The notes beneath the pieces were generated by a model that worked only from the letters and a program-made list of their open reading frames with translations, was not told where the DNA came from and made no database searches. DNA of 64,000 nt from Verrucomicrobia bacterium Ga0077533 (lineage in GTDB: Bacteria; Verrucomicrobiota; Verrucomicrobiia; Opitutales; Opitutaceae): contig LNEH01000121.1 of the NCBI GenBank assembly GCA_001464505.1, positions 8,886 through 72,885 of the forward strand, given 5' to 3'. Position 1 is the stretch's first letter, and every line of letters starts with the position of its first letter. The position numbers and the translations under genes were made by a program. Positions 39,046-50,251 of the stretch are shown here, piece by piece.

Positions 39046-39719
39046 GCGGCGGATACTGGGCGGAGTTCCTGACCATTATGGTGGCCCATGCGCTGGCGGT
39101 GGCCAGTCCCGGCCCTGATTTCGCCCTCGTTCTCCGGCAAAGCCTCGCGCACGGCCGGCGCACCGCCATCTGGAGCAGCATCGGCATCGGGTGCGGGCTG
39201 TCGGTGCATATCACCTACTGCATCCTCGGACTCGGGCTGTTCCTGAAAAACTCCGCCGGGGCGCTCGCCACCGTCAAATACCTCGGCGCGGCTTATCTGC
39301 TCTATGTCGGAGTCCAGGCCCTGCGCGCCCGGCCGCGTCAGTCTGATGTGGATGTAGGTCGGGGTTTATCCCCGACACTCACGGAGCCTGTCGGGCATAA
39401 AGCCCGACCTACAAACCCAACGAACGGAGCTGCATGGACGACGGGCTTCCTGGTCAATGTCCTCAACCCGAAGGCCGCGCTCTTCTTCATTTCGCTCTTC
39501 CCGCTGGCCGTCAGCGTCACGACGCCGAAGCTCGTGCAGGCGGGCTATGGGGTGTGGATGACACTCTCAACGATGGCGTGGTTCAGCTTCGTGTCGGTGG
39601 TGTTCACGCGGGATGAGATCCGCCGCCGTTTCCTCCGCCACGGCCACTGGATCGACCGCGCGCTGGGTGTGGTGTTCATCGGCTTCGCCGTCAGCCTCGT
39701 GCTGGCGAAGCTGAAATAG
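39042..39719 (+). CDS. LysE/RhtB family exporter with in-frame REP insert
   Basis: SPGPDF, YLGAAYL, GFLVNVLNPKA. Confidence 0.92.
   Translation: MSGGYWAEFLTIMVAHALAVASPGPDFALVLRQSLAHGRRTAIWSSIGIGCGLSVHITYCILGLGLFLKNSAGALATVKYLGAAYLLYVGVQALRARPRQSDVDVGRGLSPTLTEPVGHKARPTNPTNGAAWTTGFLVNVLNPKAALFFISLFPLAVSVTTPKLVQAGYGVWMTLSTMAWFSFVSVVFTRDEIRRRFLRHGHWIDRALGVVFIGFAVSLVLAKLK
39353..39413. repeat. GTAG REP doublet, family B, in frame in the LysE gene
   Basis: TGTAGGTCGGGGTTTATCCCCGAC...GTCGGGCATAAAGCCCGACCTACA encodes [20 protein letters not shown]. Confidence 0.9.
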
Positions 39720-39743
39720 ACCAAGGCAAAAGTCTTGGGCTCG

Positions 39744-39811
39744 CTACGCGAAAACCGCGCCGCCGAGCAGTTGCTCGCCGTCGTAGAGCGCCAGAATCTG
39801 GCCGGAGGCGA
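39744..39811 (-). repeat. 68-bp duplicate of the mnmA 3' end
   Basis: Near-identical to 40266-40333; encodes [21 protein letters not shown]. Confidence 0.9.
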
Positions 39812-39822
39812 GGACCGCTGGC

Positions 39823-40020
39823 TCAGGGCGTGTTGTCTGGTTCGGGACGGGCCAGGGATTTCAGGATTTTCTTGGCGAGCAGTTCGTTGATCTCGCGGTG
39901 CCGGGGAACCGGTTCGGTGCGGCCGGTCTGCGGATTGTGGTAAATGTCGTGCTTGGCTCCGTGCCGGAGCAGAACACTGCCGGCCTGCTCAAGCCGCGCC
40001 ACCAGATCCCGGCGCTTCAT
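39823..40020 (-). CDS. hicA: HicA family toxin
   Basis: MKRRDL...RHGAKHDIY...VPRHREI. Confidence 0.9.
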   Translation of the reverse strand: MKRRDLVARLEQAGSVLLRHGAKHDIYHNPQTGRTEPVPRHREINELLAKKILKSLARPEPDNTP

Positions 40021-40208
40021 GCCACCTCAAATTCCTCGACCCTTCGTATTCCGGGGATTTCGTCGGATCGGAAGAGCTGAAACAGGTCGCGCAGATGATC
40101 CTTCAGATCGTCCAGGCTTTCACCTTGGGTCCAATGGTCGGGATGCGAGTTCAAGTAACCGAGATACTTGCCGTCCGCTTCCTTCCAGTAGGTGAACTGT
40201 AGTTTCAT
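40017..40208 (-). CDS. hicB: Short HicB-like antitoxin
   Basis: WTQGESLDDLKDHL; overlaps hicA. Confidence 0.85.
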   Translation of the reverse strand: MKLQFTYWKEADGKYLGYLNSHPDHWTQGESLDDLKDHLRDLFQLFRSDEIPGIRRVEEFEVA

Positions 40209-40265
40209 GGCTGGAAAGATGCATAAATTTCTGTCTAACGCCAGCAGAGCTTCTGCCAGCTGGGG

Positions 40266-41414
40266 TCACGCGAACACCGCGCCGCCGAGCAGTTGCTCGC
40301 CGTCGTAGAGCGCCATGATCTGGCCGGAGGCGATAGCGCGCTGGGGCTGCTCGAATTTGATGTGGGCGGAAGGCAACGCGCTGGGGTCAGCGCGTTCCAC
40401 CTCGGGATCAAACTCGATGAAGACGCGCGGGTCGCGGTAGCGGACTTTGCATTCGAGGCGGCGTTTTTCCGCAAGCGGATCGCCGATGAAGCTCAGGCTG
40501 TGCACGCGGCACTCGCCGGCCCACAGGCCCGGGGCGTCGGTGCCGTCGAAGGCGACCAGCAGCGCGTGGTCGCTCGCGCGTTTGCCGGTCACAACGTAGG
40601 CCTTGTCGTCGGTGTTGGAGGGGATGCGGATGCCGCGACGCTGGCCGATGGTGTAGTAATGCAGTCCGCGGTGCCCGCCCAAAACCTGGCCGTCGGTGGC
40701 GCGGACAATCGGGCCCGGGTGATCGGGCACGTAGGTTTTCAGGAAATCGGCCATCTTCACCTCGCCGATGAAACAGATGCCCTGGCTGTCCTGCTTCGCC
40801 GCGGTCGGCAGATGGGCGTCGGCGGCCAAGGCGCGCAACTCGGGTTTGGTCAGATGACCGATGGGAAAGCGGGCCAAGGCGAGTTGTTGCTGCGAGAGCA
40901 GCGCGAGGAAGTAGGACTGGTCTTTGTTTTTGTCGGAGCCTTCCAGGAGGGAATAGGTGGAACGCGTTGACCCCAACGCGTTGGCTTGGGCAAGCGCGCT
41001 GGGGTCAGCGCGCTCCACCTCCACCCGCCGCGCGTAGTGCCCGGTGGCGACAGCAGCGAATCCTTCGGCTTGGGCATACTTCGCGAACACGCCGAATTTC
41101 ATCTCGCGGTTGCACATCACATCAGGGTTGGGCGTGAGTCCGCGCTGGTAGCCGTCGAGCAGGTAGTCCACCACGAGCCGGCGGTAGTCCGCCATCAGGT
41201 TGACGACGCGAAACTCGATGCCGATTTTATCCGCCACGGCGCGGGCGTCGTCGATATCCTGCATCCAGGGACAGTGGCCGATGACGTTGTCCTCGTTGAT
41301 CCAGTTTTTCATGTAAGCGCCGACGACGTCGTGCCCCTGCTGTTTGAGCAGGAGGGCGGCGACACTGCTGTCGACGCCGCCGGACAGGGCGACGAGGATG
41401 CGCTCCAGGGGCAT
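40266..41414 (-). CDS. mnmA: tRNA 2-thiouridylase with two in-frame repeat inserts
   Basis: [39 protein letters not shown]. Confidence 0.97.
   Translation of the reverse strand: MPLERILVALSGGVDSSVAALLLKQQGHDVVGAYMKNWINEDNVIGHCPWMQDIDDARAVADKIGIEFRVVNLMADYRRLVVDYLLDGYQRGLTPNPDVMCNREMKFGVFAKYAQAEGFAAVATGHYARRVEVERADPSALAQANALGSTRSTYSLLEGSDKNKDQSYFLALLSQQQLALARFPIGHLTKPELRALAADAHLPTAAKQDSQGICFIGEVKMADFLKTYVPDHPGPIVRATDGQVLGGHRGLHYYTIGQRRGIRIPSNTDDKAYVVTGKRASDHALLVAFDGTDAPGLWAGECRVHSLSFIGDPLAEKRRLECKVRYRDPRVFIEFDPEVERADPSALPSAHIKFEQPQRAIASGQIMALYDGEQLLGGAVFA
40374..40402. repeat. Family G single REP arm, in frame in mnmA
   Basis: CAACGCGCTGGGGTCAGCGCGTTCCACCT encodes [10 protein letters not shown]. 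Confidence 0.8.
40955..41020. repeat. Family G REP doublet (66 bp), in frame in mnmA
   Basis: AGGTGGAACGCGTTGACCCCAACGCG...CGCGCTGGGGTCAGCGCGCTCCACCT encodes [22 protein letters not shown]. Confidence 0.9.
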
Positions 41415-41481
41415 GGAGAGGAGAAAAAACCACTAATAAAAACTAAGGAACACTAATTTTCGGGCGGTGGGCCTGGTCGTT

Positions 41482-41536
41482 TGTGGGAGCGAGCTTGCTC
41501 GCGAGGATCGGAGTCGCGAGCAAGCTCGCTCCCACA
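41482..41536. repeat. GTGG REP doublet, family C, intergenic
   Basis: TGTGGGAGCGAGCTTGCTCGCGA...TCGCGAGCAAGCTCGCTCCCACA; copy at 56973-57033. Confidence 0.9.
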
Positions 41537-41583
41537 GTCTTCCGCTGGCGAGCCTTCTTCGCATTGGTAGTGGGTCAGTTTGC

Positions 41584-41646
41584 TGTAGGTCGGGCTTTAT
41601 GTCCGACAGTCAACCGCCACATGTCGGGGATAAACCCCGACCTACA
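41584..41646. repeat. GTAG REP doublet, family B, intergenic
   Basis: TGTAGGTCGGGCTTTATGTCCGAC...GTCGGGGATAAACCCCGACCTACA. Confidence 0.9.
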
Positions 41647-41736
41647 AAAGCCTCGGCACCCAGATAGAATAAAACTGACCCACTACCTTCGCATTGTGGC
41701 GCTTTACAGGCCGGGTTCGCCGGCTAGGGTGGGGCG

Positions 41737-42672
41737 ATGAGACGACTATTCGCATGCCTGTTGGCGATCAGCCTCGTGACCGGCAGCCGCGCCCAGTTCA
41801 GCGCGCCGGTGGTTAAGCCCGTGCCGCATCCCATCCCCGGCATCGAGCGGGTGCTGATCATTGCCATCGACGGGCTGCGGCCCGACCGGCTGCTCTTCGC
41901 CAATACGCCCGTGATCCGTGGGCTGATGAAACAGGGTTCCTATTCGATGTGGATGCAGACAACGGCCAGCGCGAACACGCTGCCGTCGATCACCAGCATG
42001 CTCACGGGCGTGGCGCCGACGAAGCACGGCATCACTTGGAACAAGCTGCTCAAGTTGCAGACCCCCGAATGGCCGGCGAGACCGACGCTGTTCGAGATGG
42101 CGCACCAAGGCGGCTACCAGACCGCCATGGTCGTCGGCAAATCCAAGCTCCGGCACTTAGAAAAGCCCGGCACGATTGACTTCGTCTCCGGCCCGGCCGA
42201 GGGCATAACCACCGACCAGCAGGTGGCGGATGAGGCGGTCCGGGTCATCACGGAGATGAAACCCGACGTGCTGTTCGTGCATTTTCCCGACGTGGACACC
42301 GCCGGCCACGCCAAGGGCTGGGGTTCACCCGAGCAACTGGTCGCGATCGAGGAGGCGGATGCCTGCGTGGGCCGGCTGCTGGCCGCGCTTGAGGCGGCGG
42401 GCACGCGATCGTCGACCCTGATCATGCTCTCAGCCGACCACGGCGGCGCGGGTCTGAACCACCATCCCGACGATCCGCGCAGCCGCACCATCCCGTGGAT
42501 CGCTGTCGGACCCGGGGTGAAACGGGGTTACGACCTGACGCAGTCACGCGACCTGCTGATGCGGACGGAGGACACCTGCGCGACCGCCTGCTATGTGCTC
42601 GGCCTGCCGGTCATGCCCTATTTTGACGGCGCGCCCGTGACCCTGGTCTTCGAGAATCCGCCCGCCCCTTGA
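41737..42672 (+). CDS. Alkaline phosphatase superfamily (NPP/PDE) protein, secreted
   Basis: IAIDGLRPD, TLPS, DTAGH, SADHGG; signal peptide. Confidence 0.88.
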   Translation: MRRLFACLLAISLVTGSRAQFSAPVVKPVPHPIPGIERVLIIAIDGLRPDRLLFANTPVIRGLMKQGSYSMWMQTTASANTLPSITSMLTGVAPTKHGITWNKLLKLQTPEWPARPTLFEMAHQGGYQTAMVVGKSKLRHLEKPGTIDFVSGPAEGITTDQQVADEAVRVITEMKPDVLFVHFPDVDTAGHAKGWGSPEQLVAIEEADACVGRLLAALEAAGTRSSTLIMLSADHGGAGLNHHPDDPRSRTIPWIAVGPGVKRGYDLTQSRDLLMRTEDTCATACYVLGLPVMPYFDGAPVTLVFENPPAP

Positions 42673-45149
42673 ACACCCGCGCGCCCTTCACCGTTGAGCA
42701 AGCCCAGCGCATCGCCCGGGCGTGGCTGATCTCACCGTCATCGGGCGTCATCGAACTCGATGCGGACTGGACCGGGGCATCGCTGCCGCTGCTGGCGCCG
42801 GGCGACCAGGCCTTCGCCTTTGCCGATCTGCGGCCGGCGGCGCCCTCGCTCTATGCGGACGAAGCGGCGTATTACGTGGACGACGCGGGCCAGGTGGTCT
42901 TTGTGCTCGATCCGGCGGAGCACAGTTGGGTGGATTTCGGGGCGATGCCCGTCTATGTCGCGGGCGACTTCAACGGCTGGGAGCAGGCGGTCGGCCAGCC
43001 CGGATGGGCGCTGGAAGCCGGGGAGGTCAACGGCCGCGCCGTGTGGCTGCGGCGCAAACCCGGCGCGGAGTTGCTGACGGAGCCGCCGCAGCAGTTCAAA
43101 TTCATCACCGGCGATCGCCGCTGGCTGGAGCTGCCCCGCGAGGCGACGAACCTCATGCCCGACGGCAAGGGGCATTTCAACCGCGGCCTCCTCAAACACC
43201 GGACCGGGCGCAACCTGTTTGAGTTCACCACCACGGAGCCGGCGCTGCTCAACCAGACCCACTCGGTCGTCCACGTGCGCGACGGGAAAGAGGCGCCGAA
43301 AACCCGGGTGCGGCTGGGCAAGTTCTTCCACGAACTGCGCAGCGATTTGCCGCTCGGCGCCCTCGTCCAACAGGACGAAACGACTTTCCGGCTGTTCGCG
43401 CCCCGCGCCAAGCATGTGCGGCTTTTCCTGTGCGAGAACCTGGAGGAGATGGACGAGGCCTTCGGCTACGAACTGGACCGGCGGGAGGAAGAGGGGGGCG
43501 GCTGGTGCGGCGTGTGGGAGGCGCAGATCGACCGCAACCTGCACGGCTGGTATTACTGGTATTCGCTCAGCGGGCCGCACGATGTGTTCGGGCATTTCCA
43601 TCCGAATCACCGCGTGCTTGATCCCTACGCGCAGGCGGCGGTGGGGAGCGAAGGGCCGGGCATCGTGCTCGATCCCGGGTGGGTGGGGCGGGCAGACCGG
43701 AGTTTCGCGACCCCCGCGTGGCAGGATTTGATCATCGCCGAGGGCCATGTGCGCGACCTCGTGGCGCACGCGCCCACGGCCCTGAGCGCCGAGGAGCGGC
43801 TGGGCTTCAGCGGGCTCACCAAGTGGGTGCAAAGCCCGGATTTTTACCTGAAGCAGCTCGGCGTGAATTGCGTGGAGCTGCAGCCGGTGCACGAGTTCGA
43901 CCACCTAAGCCGCGAGGAATACCAATGGGGCTACATGCCGGCGAGCTACTTCGCCCCGGCAAGCAGCTACGCCCTCGACGGCGCGCATGCCTCGCAGGTG
44001 AATGAACTGCAGGAACTGGTGGCGGCGTTCCACCGGCAGGGCCTGGCGGTGGTGCTCGACGTGGTTTACAATCACGTCGGCCTGCCGGCGCACCTGCTGT
44101 TCGTGGACAAGCTCTACTACTTCGAGCTCGACGACGAGGGCGCGCTCGAGAACTGGAGCGGCTGCGGCAACGACCTGCGCTGCCGCTCGGCCATGACCAG
44201 GCGGCTCATCATCGACAGCCTGATCCACTACATCGAGGTCTACGGCGTGGACGGCTTCCGCTTCGACCTGGCCGAACTGATCGGGGTGGATGCCTTGCGC
44301 GAGATCGAGGCCGCGGTGAAGCGCGTGAAACCCGACGTGATCCTCATCGCCGAACCGTGGAGTTTCCGCGGGCACATCGCCGCCGCGTTGCGCCCGACCG
44401 GCTACACCTCGTGGAATGACGGCTACCGGAATTTCCTGCGCGACTACGTGCAGGGCCGGGGCACGGCGGACCGGTTGGAATATTTTCTCAAGGGCTCGCC
44501 CTGGCACTTCGCCTACTGGCCGGCCCAGACGGTCAACTACACCGAGTCGCACGACGACCGCACGTGGCTCGATGTGATCACGGAGAACGGGGACCACAAC
44601 GGCTTCCACCCGACCCAAAACGACCGGCAGCGCACGCACCTGATGGCGGCCATCCTGCTGGCGTCCGTCGGCATTCCGCTGCTGGCCGCCGGGCAGGACT
44701 TTCTGCGCTCCAAGCACGGGGTGAACAACACCTACCTGCGCGGCGATCTCAATGCCCTCGATTACCACCGACTCGCGCGCTTCCCGGCGACGCACGCGTA
44801 TTTCGCCGGCTGGATCAGGTTCCGGCGCTCGTCGCGCGGGCAATTGCTGCGGCATTTCAGCCGGCCCGGCGAGGGATTTTTCCAGTGTTTCAGCCGGGCC
44901 GGTGCCCCGGCCTTGGTCGCGATCTACAACGCCGACGGCAGCCAGGGGCGGACGCGGCTGATGTTCGCGGTCAATCCGCACACGGAAGACACGACGGTGC
45001 CGATCGGTGAGTTCGGCCACCTGGATTGGGAGCTCATCGCCGACCACGAGTGTTTCTACCACGAAGGCCGGCACCCGCCAGGCGAAGTCGCGGAGCCCGA
45101 CCTCTTCATTCCCGCGCTGGGCTGCAGCCTCTGGGTGCTTGAGGGGTGA
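42669..45149 (+). CDS. GH13 pullulanase/glycogen-debranching-like enzyme
   Basis: VELQPVHEF, WGY, DVVYNH, DGFRFDL, ESHD. Confidence 0.9.
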   Translation: MNTRAPFTVEQAQRIARAWLISPSSGVIELDADWTGASLPLLAPGDQAFAFADLRPAAPSLYADEAAYYVDDAGQVVFVLDPAEHSWVDFGAMPVYVAGDFNGWEQAVGQPGWALEAGEVNGRAVWLRRKPGAELLTEPPQQFKFITGDRRWLELPREATNLMPDGKGHFNRGLLKHRTGRNLFEFTTTEPALLNQTHSVVHVRDGKEAPKTRVRLGKFFHELRSDLPLGALVQQDETTFRLFAPRAKHVRLFLCENLEEMDEAFGYELDRREEEGGGWCGVWEAQIDRNLHGWYYWYSLSGPHDVFGHFHPNHRVLDPYAQAAVGSEGPGIVLDPGWVGRADRSFATPAWQDLIIAEGHVRDLVAHAPTALSAEERLGFSGLTKWVQSPDFYLKQLGVNCVELQPVHEFDHLSREEYQWGYMPASYFAPASSYALDGAHASQVNELQELVAAFHRQGLAVVLDVVYNHVGLPAHLLFVDKLYYFELDDEGALENWSGCGNDLRCRSAMTRRLIIDSLIHYIEVYGVDGFRFDLAELIGVDALREIEAAVKRVKPDVILIAEPWSFRGHIAAALRPTGYTSWNDGYRNFLRDYVQGRGTADRLEYFLKGSPWHFAYWPAQTVNYTESHDDRTWLDVITENGDHNGFHPTQNDRQRTHLMAAILLASVGIPLLAAGQDFLRSKHGVNNTYLRGDLNALDYHRLARFPATHAYFAGWIRFRRSSRGQLLRHFSRPGEGFFQCFSRAGAPALVAIYNADGSQGRTRLMFAVNPHTEDTTVPIGEFGHLDWELIADHECFYHEGRHPPGEVAEPDLFIPALGCSLWVLEG

Positions 45150-45153
45150 TTGT

Positions 45154-45291
45154 TGCAGCGGCGCCCTATGAGCGTCGGCGGCGGTCACAGACCGCCGCGA
45201 CAGGTCGGATCCGCGCCGCTCGAATGGTGGAAGGCTCGCGTCTCTGCGAGCCGAGATTGCGCCGACGGCCCGCGGGGACGCGGGCCCTCCA
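45154..45291. repeat. Two adjacent REP doublets: family E (45154-45202) and GGAG type (45228-45291)
   Basis: Homology to 48753-48810 and 58331-58395. Confidence 0.7.
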
Positions 45292-45320
45292 AAGTTCCCG
45301 CCATGGTCATGGGGCTTTGA

Positions 45321-46517
<1,197 letters not shown>

Positions 46518-46530
46518 GTCGCGCGCGACT

Positions 46531-46638
46531 CAAAGCGAAAGGCTGAAAGCCGGAAGGACTGAAAGGCTGAGATTCTCCGTTTCGATCTTCAACTTTCAGC
46601 CTCTTTCTTTTCAGCCCTTCAGCAATTCAGGCCTTCAG
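46531..46638. repeat. Inverted array of short tandem units (GCTGAAAG / CTTTCAGC)
   Basis: Degenerate tandem units on both arms. Confidence 0.65.
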
Positions 46639-46643
46639 TCTTT

Positions 46644-47888
46644 ATGAAATTCCGCTCCATCCGTGAGCTCAGCCTCGCCGGCAAACGCGTGCTCGTCCGC
46701 GTCGACTTCAACGTCCCGCAGGACAAGGCCACCGGCGCCATCACCAACAACCAGCGCATCGTCGCCGCGCTGCCCACCATCAAGCACGCCCTCGAGCAGG
46801 GAGCGTCCGTCATCCTGATGTCCCACCTCGGACGGCCCGACGGCCGGAAACTCGCCCAATTCTCGCTCCAGCCCGTCGCCATCGAGCTGGAGAAGCTCCT
46901 CGGCCGGCCGGTTAAGTTTCTTGATGACTGCGTCGGCCCGGCGGTCGAAGCCGCCTGCGCCAAGCTCGCGCCCGGCGCCGTCGTGCTGCTGGAGAATCTG
47001 CGTTTCCACCTCGAGGAGGAGGGCAAGGTCAAGCTGGAGGACGGCACCTCGAGGAAGGCTGACCCCGCCGCCGTCGCGGCCTTCCGCGCCTCGCTCACGC
47101 AGCTCGGCGACGTGTTCGTCAACGACGCCTTCGGCACGGCTCATCGCGCCCATTCGTCGATGGTCGGAGTGACACTCCCGCAAAAGGCCGCCGGCTTTCT
47201 GATGGAGGCGGAGCTTAAGGCCTTTGCCGCGGTGCTCGACCACCCGTCGCGCCCGCTGCTCGCCATCCTCGGCGGCGCGAAGATTGCCGACAAGATTCCG
47301 CTCATCAAGAACCTCATCGAGAAAGCCGATGAGATTATCATCGGCGGCGGCATGGCGTTCACCTTCAAAAAGGTCACCCAAGGCATGGCGATCGGCTCCA
47401 GTCTGTTCGACGCCGAAGGGGCCAAGCTCGTGCCCGAGCTTGTCGCGAAGGCCCGGGCTCGCGGCGTGAAGCTTATTTTGCCCGTGGACTATGTCTGCGC
47501 CGACAAGTTCGACGCCAACGCCAGCACCCAGGCCGCGACCGATGCCACCGGCATTCCCGCCGGCTGGATGGGACTCGACGGCGGTCCGGCATCCATCGAG
47601 CTGAACCGCGCCGCGATTCTCCGCGCGAAGACCATCATCTGGAACGGGCCGTCGGGCGTGTTCGAGTTCGAGAAATTCGCCGGTTCCACCAAGGCCATGG
47701 CCGCGGCGGTCGCCGAGGCGACGGCCAGAGGCGCGGTCACCGTCATCGGCGGTGGCGACACGGCCACGGCGGCGAAGAAATTCAAGATCGTGGACCAGGT
47801 CACGCACTGCTCCACCGGCGGCGGCGCGAGCCTGGAGTTCCTCGAGGGCAAGGTGCTGCCCGGCGTGGCGTTTTTGGAAACTAACTGA
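46644..47888 (+). CDS. pgk: Phosphoglycerate kinase
   Basis: [30 protein letters not shown]. Confidence 0.98.
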   Translation: MKFRSIRELSLAGKRVLVRVDFNVPQDKATGAITNNQRIVAALPTIKHALEQGASVILMSHLGRPDGRKLAQFSLQPVAIELEKLLGRPVKFLDDCVGPAVEAACAKLAPGAVVLLENLRFHLEEEGKVKLEDGTSRKADPAAVAAFRASLTQLGDVFVNDAFGTAHRAHSSMVGVTLPQKAAGFLMEAELKAFAAVLDHPSRPLLAILGGAKIADKIPLIKNLIEKADEIIIGGGMAFTFKKVTQGMAIGSSLFDAEGAKLVPELVAKARARGVKLILPVDYVCADKFDANASTQAATDATGIPAGWMGLDGGPASIELNRAAILRAKTIIWNGPSGVFEFEKFAGSTKAMAAAVAEATARGAVTVIGGGDTATAAKKFKIVDQVTHCSTGGGASLEFLEGKVLPGVAFLETN

Positions 47889-47981
47889 GCCAGGAAACAA
47901 GGAGTGAGGAGCGTGAATCGGGAATAACTTCGCCTGATTTTCTACTCGCTACCCGCTAGGCGCTTCTCACTACTTCTGGCC

Positions 47982-48749
47982 ATGTTTCGCAAGAAAGTCA
48001 TCGCCGGTAACTGGAAAATGAACAAGACGGCCGCCGAGGCCGTCACCCTCGCCAAGGACATCATCGAGGTGGTTGGCCGGGAGACATCGGTCGACATCGT
48101 GCTCTGCCCGCCCTACACGGCGCTGTTTGCCGTCGCCCAGGTGCTGGAGGGTCAGTCGGTCCGACTGGGTGCGCAGAACATGCATCCGGAGAAGAACGGC
48201 GCCTACACCGGCGAGGTTTCGGCCGAGATGCTGCGCACGCTTTACGTCACCCATGTCATTCTCGGCCACAGCGAGCGCCGCACCTATTGCGGCGAGACCG
48301 ACGCCTTCATCAACCAGAAGGTGCTCGCCGCCTTGGTCAACGAGCTGAAACCCATCCTCTGCGTCGGGGAAACCCTCGCTGAGCGCGAGGCCGGGTCGAC
48401 GCTGGCGGTCGTGCAGCGTCACGTCGAAGGCGGGCTGGCGGGCGTGAAGCCTGAGCAGATCACCACGGTCATTGTTGCCTACGAGCCGGTCTGGGCCATC
48501 GGCACCGGCAAGGTCGCCACCACGGCGCAGGCCCAGGAAGTGCATGCCTTCATCCGCGACCTGCTGACGAAGCTTTACGGTGCGCCGCTCGCGCAGAAGG
48601 TTCGCATCCTCTACGGCGGCTCGATGAAACCCGCCAACGCGGCCGAGCTGCTCGCCGAGAAGGACATCGACGGCGGTTTGATCGGCGGCGCTTCGTTGGA
48701 AGCCCGGTCCTTCATCGACCTCGTCAAGGCCGCCGGCGCGGCGAAGTAA
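47982..48749 (+). CDS. tpiA: Triosephosphate isomerase
   Basis: GNWKMN, GHSERR, AYEPVWAIGTG, GGASL. Confidence 0.98.
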   Translation: MFRKKVIAGNWKMNKTAAEAVTLAKDIIEVVGRETSVDIVLCPPYTALFAVAQVLEGQSVRLGAQNMHPEKNGAYTGEVSAEMLRTLYVTHVILGHSERRTYCGETDAFINQKVLAALVNELKPILCVGETLAEREAGSTLAVVQRHVEGGLAGVKPEQITTVIVAYEPVWAIGTGKVATTAQAQEVHAFIRDLLTKLYGAPLAQKVRILYGGSMKPANAAELLAEKDIDGGLIGGASLEARSFIDLVKAAGAAK

Positions 48750-48752
48750 GCC

Positions 48753-48810
48753 TGTAGCGGCGCTCTGTGAGCGCCGTTCCGAAGCCCGGCGGTCATAGAC
48801 CGCCGCTACA
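48753..48810. repeat. GTAG REP doublet, family E, intergenic
   Basis: TGTAGCGGCGCTCTGTGAGCGCCG...CGGCGGTCATAGACCGCCGCTACA. Confidence 0.88.
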
Positions 48811-48862
48811 GTTTCGTGATGGGGCATTTCCTCGTTGCCGCAGAGGAAGCTCCTCCGATTAG

Positions 48863-49855
48863 ATGGCGCGCGTGCGGCGCATCACCGGCATTCTCTGCCT
48901 CTTCCTGCTCTGGGCCGGTGCGGCCCGGGCGGCAGACTACCCGTTTGCCCCGGCGGGCTGGGCGATTGAGGCGCGCCTGCCCATGGCGCCGGGCAATGAC
49001 GTCGTGCTGACGGCCTCGCCGCAGGGCGACATCAAGGCCACCCGCTATTTCACGGAGCAGGGCGGCGAGCGGACCTTTCTGGTGCGCTTTACCTATCCGC
49101 TCGCCCTGCTGCCGGGAGCGGAGCCGGGGGTCTATACCAAGTCCTTTGGCGACATGCTGAAGTCGCGTCCTGGCGAGGTGAAATCACGCGACAAATTCTT
49201 CCTCGGGCCTTTCGGGGGTGAGCGCATGGTCATCGCCCAGCGCCGTGACCGCACCATCCGCGAGGTGCGGCTGCTGGTCATCGGCTCGACGCTTTACCTC
49301 TTCAGTGCCGAGTGGCCCGAGGCGGGCAAGGGGGCGGCGCGCGCCGCGCAGTTCTTCAGCAGCATCCAGTTGAAGCCCGACTACACCAACCTGCCCCTTG
49401 TGCAGGAGAAGGACCGCTGGCGCGAGCTGGTTGCGGGCAATTTCCGGCTGCGCTACGACGCCACGCGCTGGTATCGCGACCCGGCCGACACCGAGCCGGG
49501 TATTTTCAACCTGCTGCGGATCGACCAAAAGGTGGAGGCCCAGCTCATCGCCGAGGCGCTGCCGATCGAGGGCAGCATCGAGGCGGCCGTGATCAACACG
49601 GCCCGGGAGGGCGCGGAAAACGTCACCCTTCGCCGGCGCGGGTCGAAGCTCCGCGGCGCGACCCAGCTCACCGAACTGGAGTTCGCCGCGCGGGTCGACA
49701 ACGTCACCTACGTGAACCACGGCTATTTCTACAGCGGGCCGGAAGGCGCGGTGCAATTGCGCGGCTGGGCCAAGGACATTGAATACGACGCCGTCAGCAG
49801 CGACATCACCGAGCTGCTCGACGGGCTGGCGGTTGGAGTTGCCCCGGTCAAATAG
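48863..49855 (+). CDS. Hypothetical secreted protein
   Basis: 330-aa ORF, signal peptide (…GAARA), host-like codon use. Confidence 0.7.
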   Translation: MARVRRITGILCLFLLWAGAARAADYPFAPAGWAIEARLPMAPGNDVVLTASPQGDIKATRYFTEQGGERTFLVRFTYPLALLPGAEPGVYTKSFGDMLKSRPGEVKSRDKFFLGPFGGERMVIAQRRDRTIREVRLLVIGSTLYLFSAEWPEAGKGAARAAQFFSSIQLKPDYTNLPLVQEKDRWRELVAGNFRLRYDATRWYRDPADTEPGIFNLLRIDQKVEAQLIAEALPIEGSIEAAVINTAREGAENVTLRRRGSKLRGATQLTELEFAARVDNVTYVNHGYFYSGPEGAVQLRGWAKDIEYDAVSSDITELLDGLAVGVAPVK

Positions 49856-49882
49856 TCGGGGCGGCTAGGGTTCTTTTCTCAC

Positions 49883-50220
49883 CTATCGGAGGTATGATGG
49901 TAGACGGCCACTCCAGGCAATGTAGCTAAAGAGCGCACTTACCGCGAAACTGCTGGCTGCAAATTTCCAGCTCGAACGAAGCACCGCCATTTCAAAAATG
50001 CTCGCCGCGAGAGAAATAATACCAATTACCCATTGCTTCTGGACTGTAGGGTCGGCGCTTGCGCCGCACCTTTTTCCTGCGAGGCGTGCCGCAAGCGGCA
50101 GCCCTACAAAGTCTGAAACCAAAGGGTAATTGGTATAACAGCAATCACAGCACAAACTCCGCGAATAAAAGCGGACCTCTTCGCTACTTCTTTTTTAGGT
50201 GTGCCAGTCGACTCAGTCAT
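49883..50220 (-). pseudogene. AT-rich small membrane-protein gene interrupted by a GTAG REP doublet
   Basis: Removing 50046-50107 gives a continuous 91-aa hydrophobic ORF. Confidence 0.6.
50046..50107. repeat. GTAG REP doublet (62 bp)
   Basis: GTAGGGTCGGCGCTTGCGCCGCACC...GGCGTGCCGCAAGCGGCAGCCCTAC. Confidence 0.85.
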
Positions 50221-50251
50221 AGTGCTATTTTAACCAACAGAGTAATTCACC

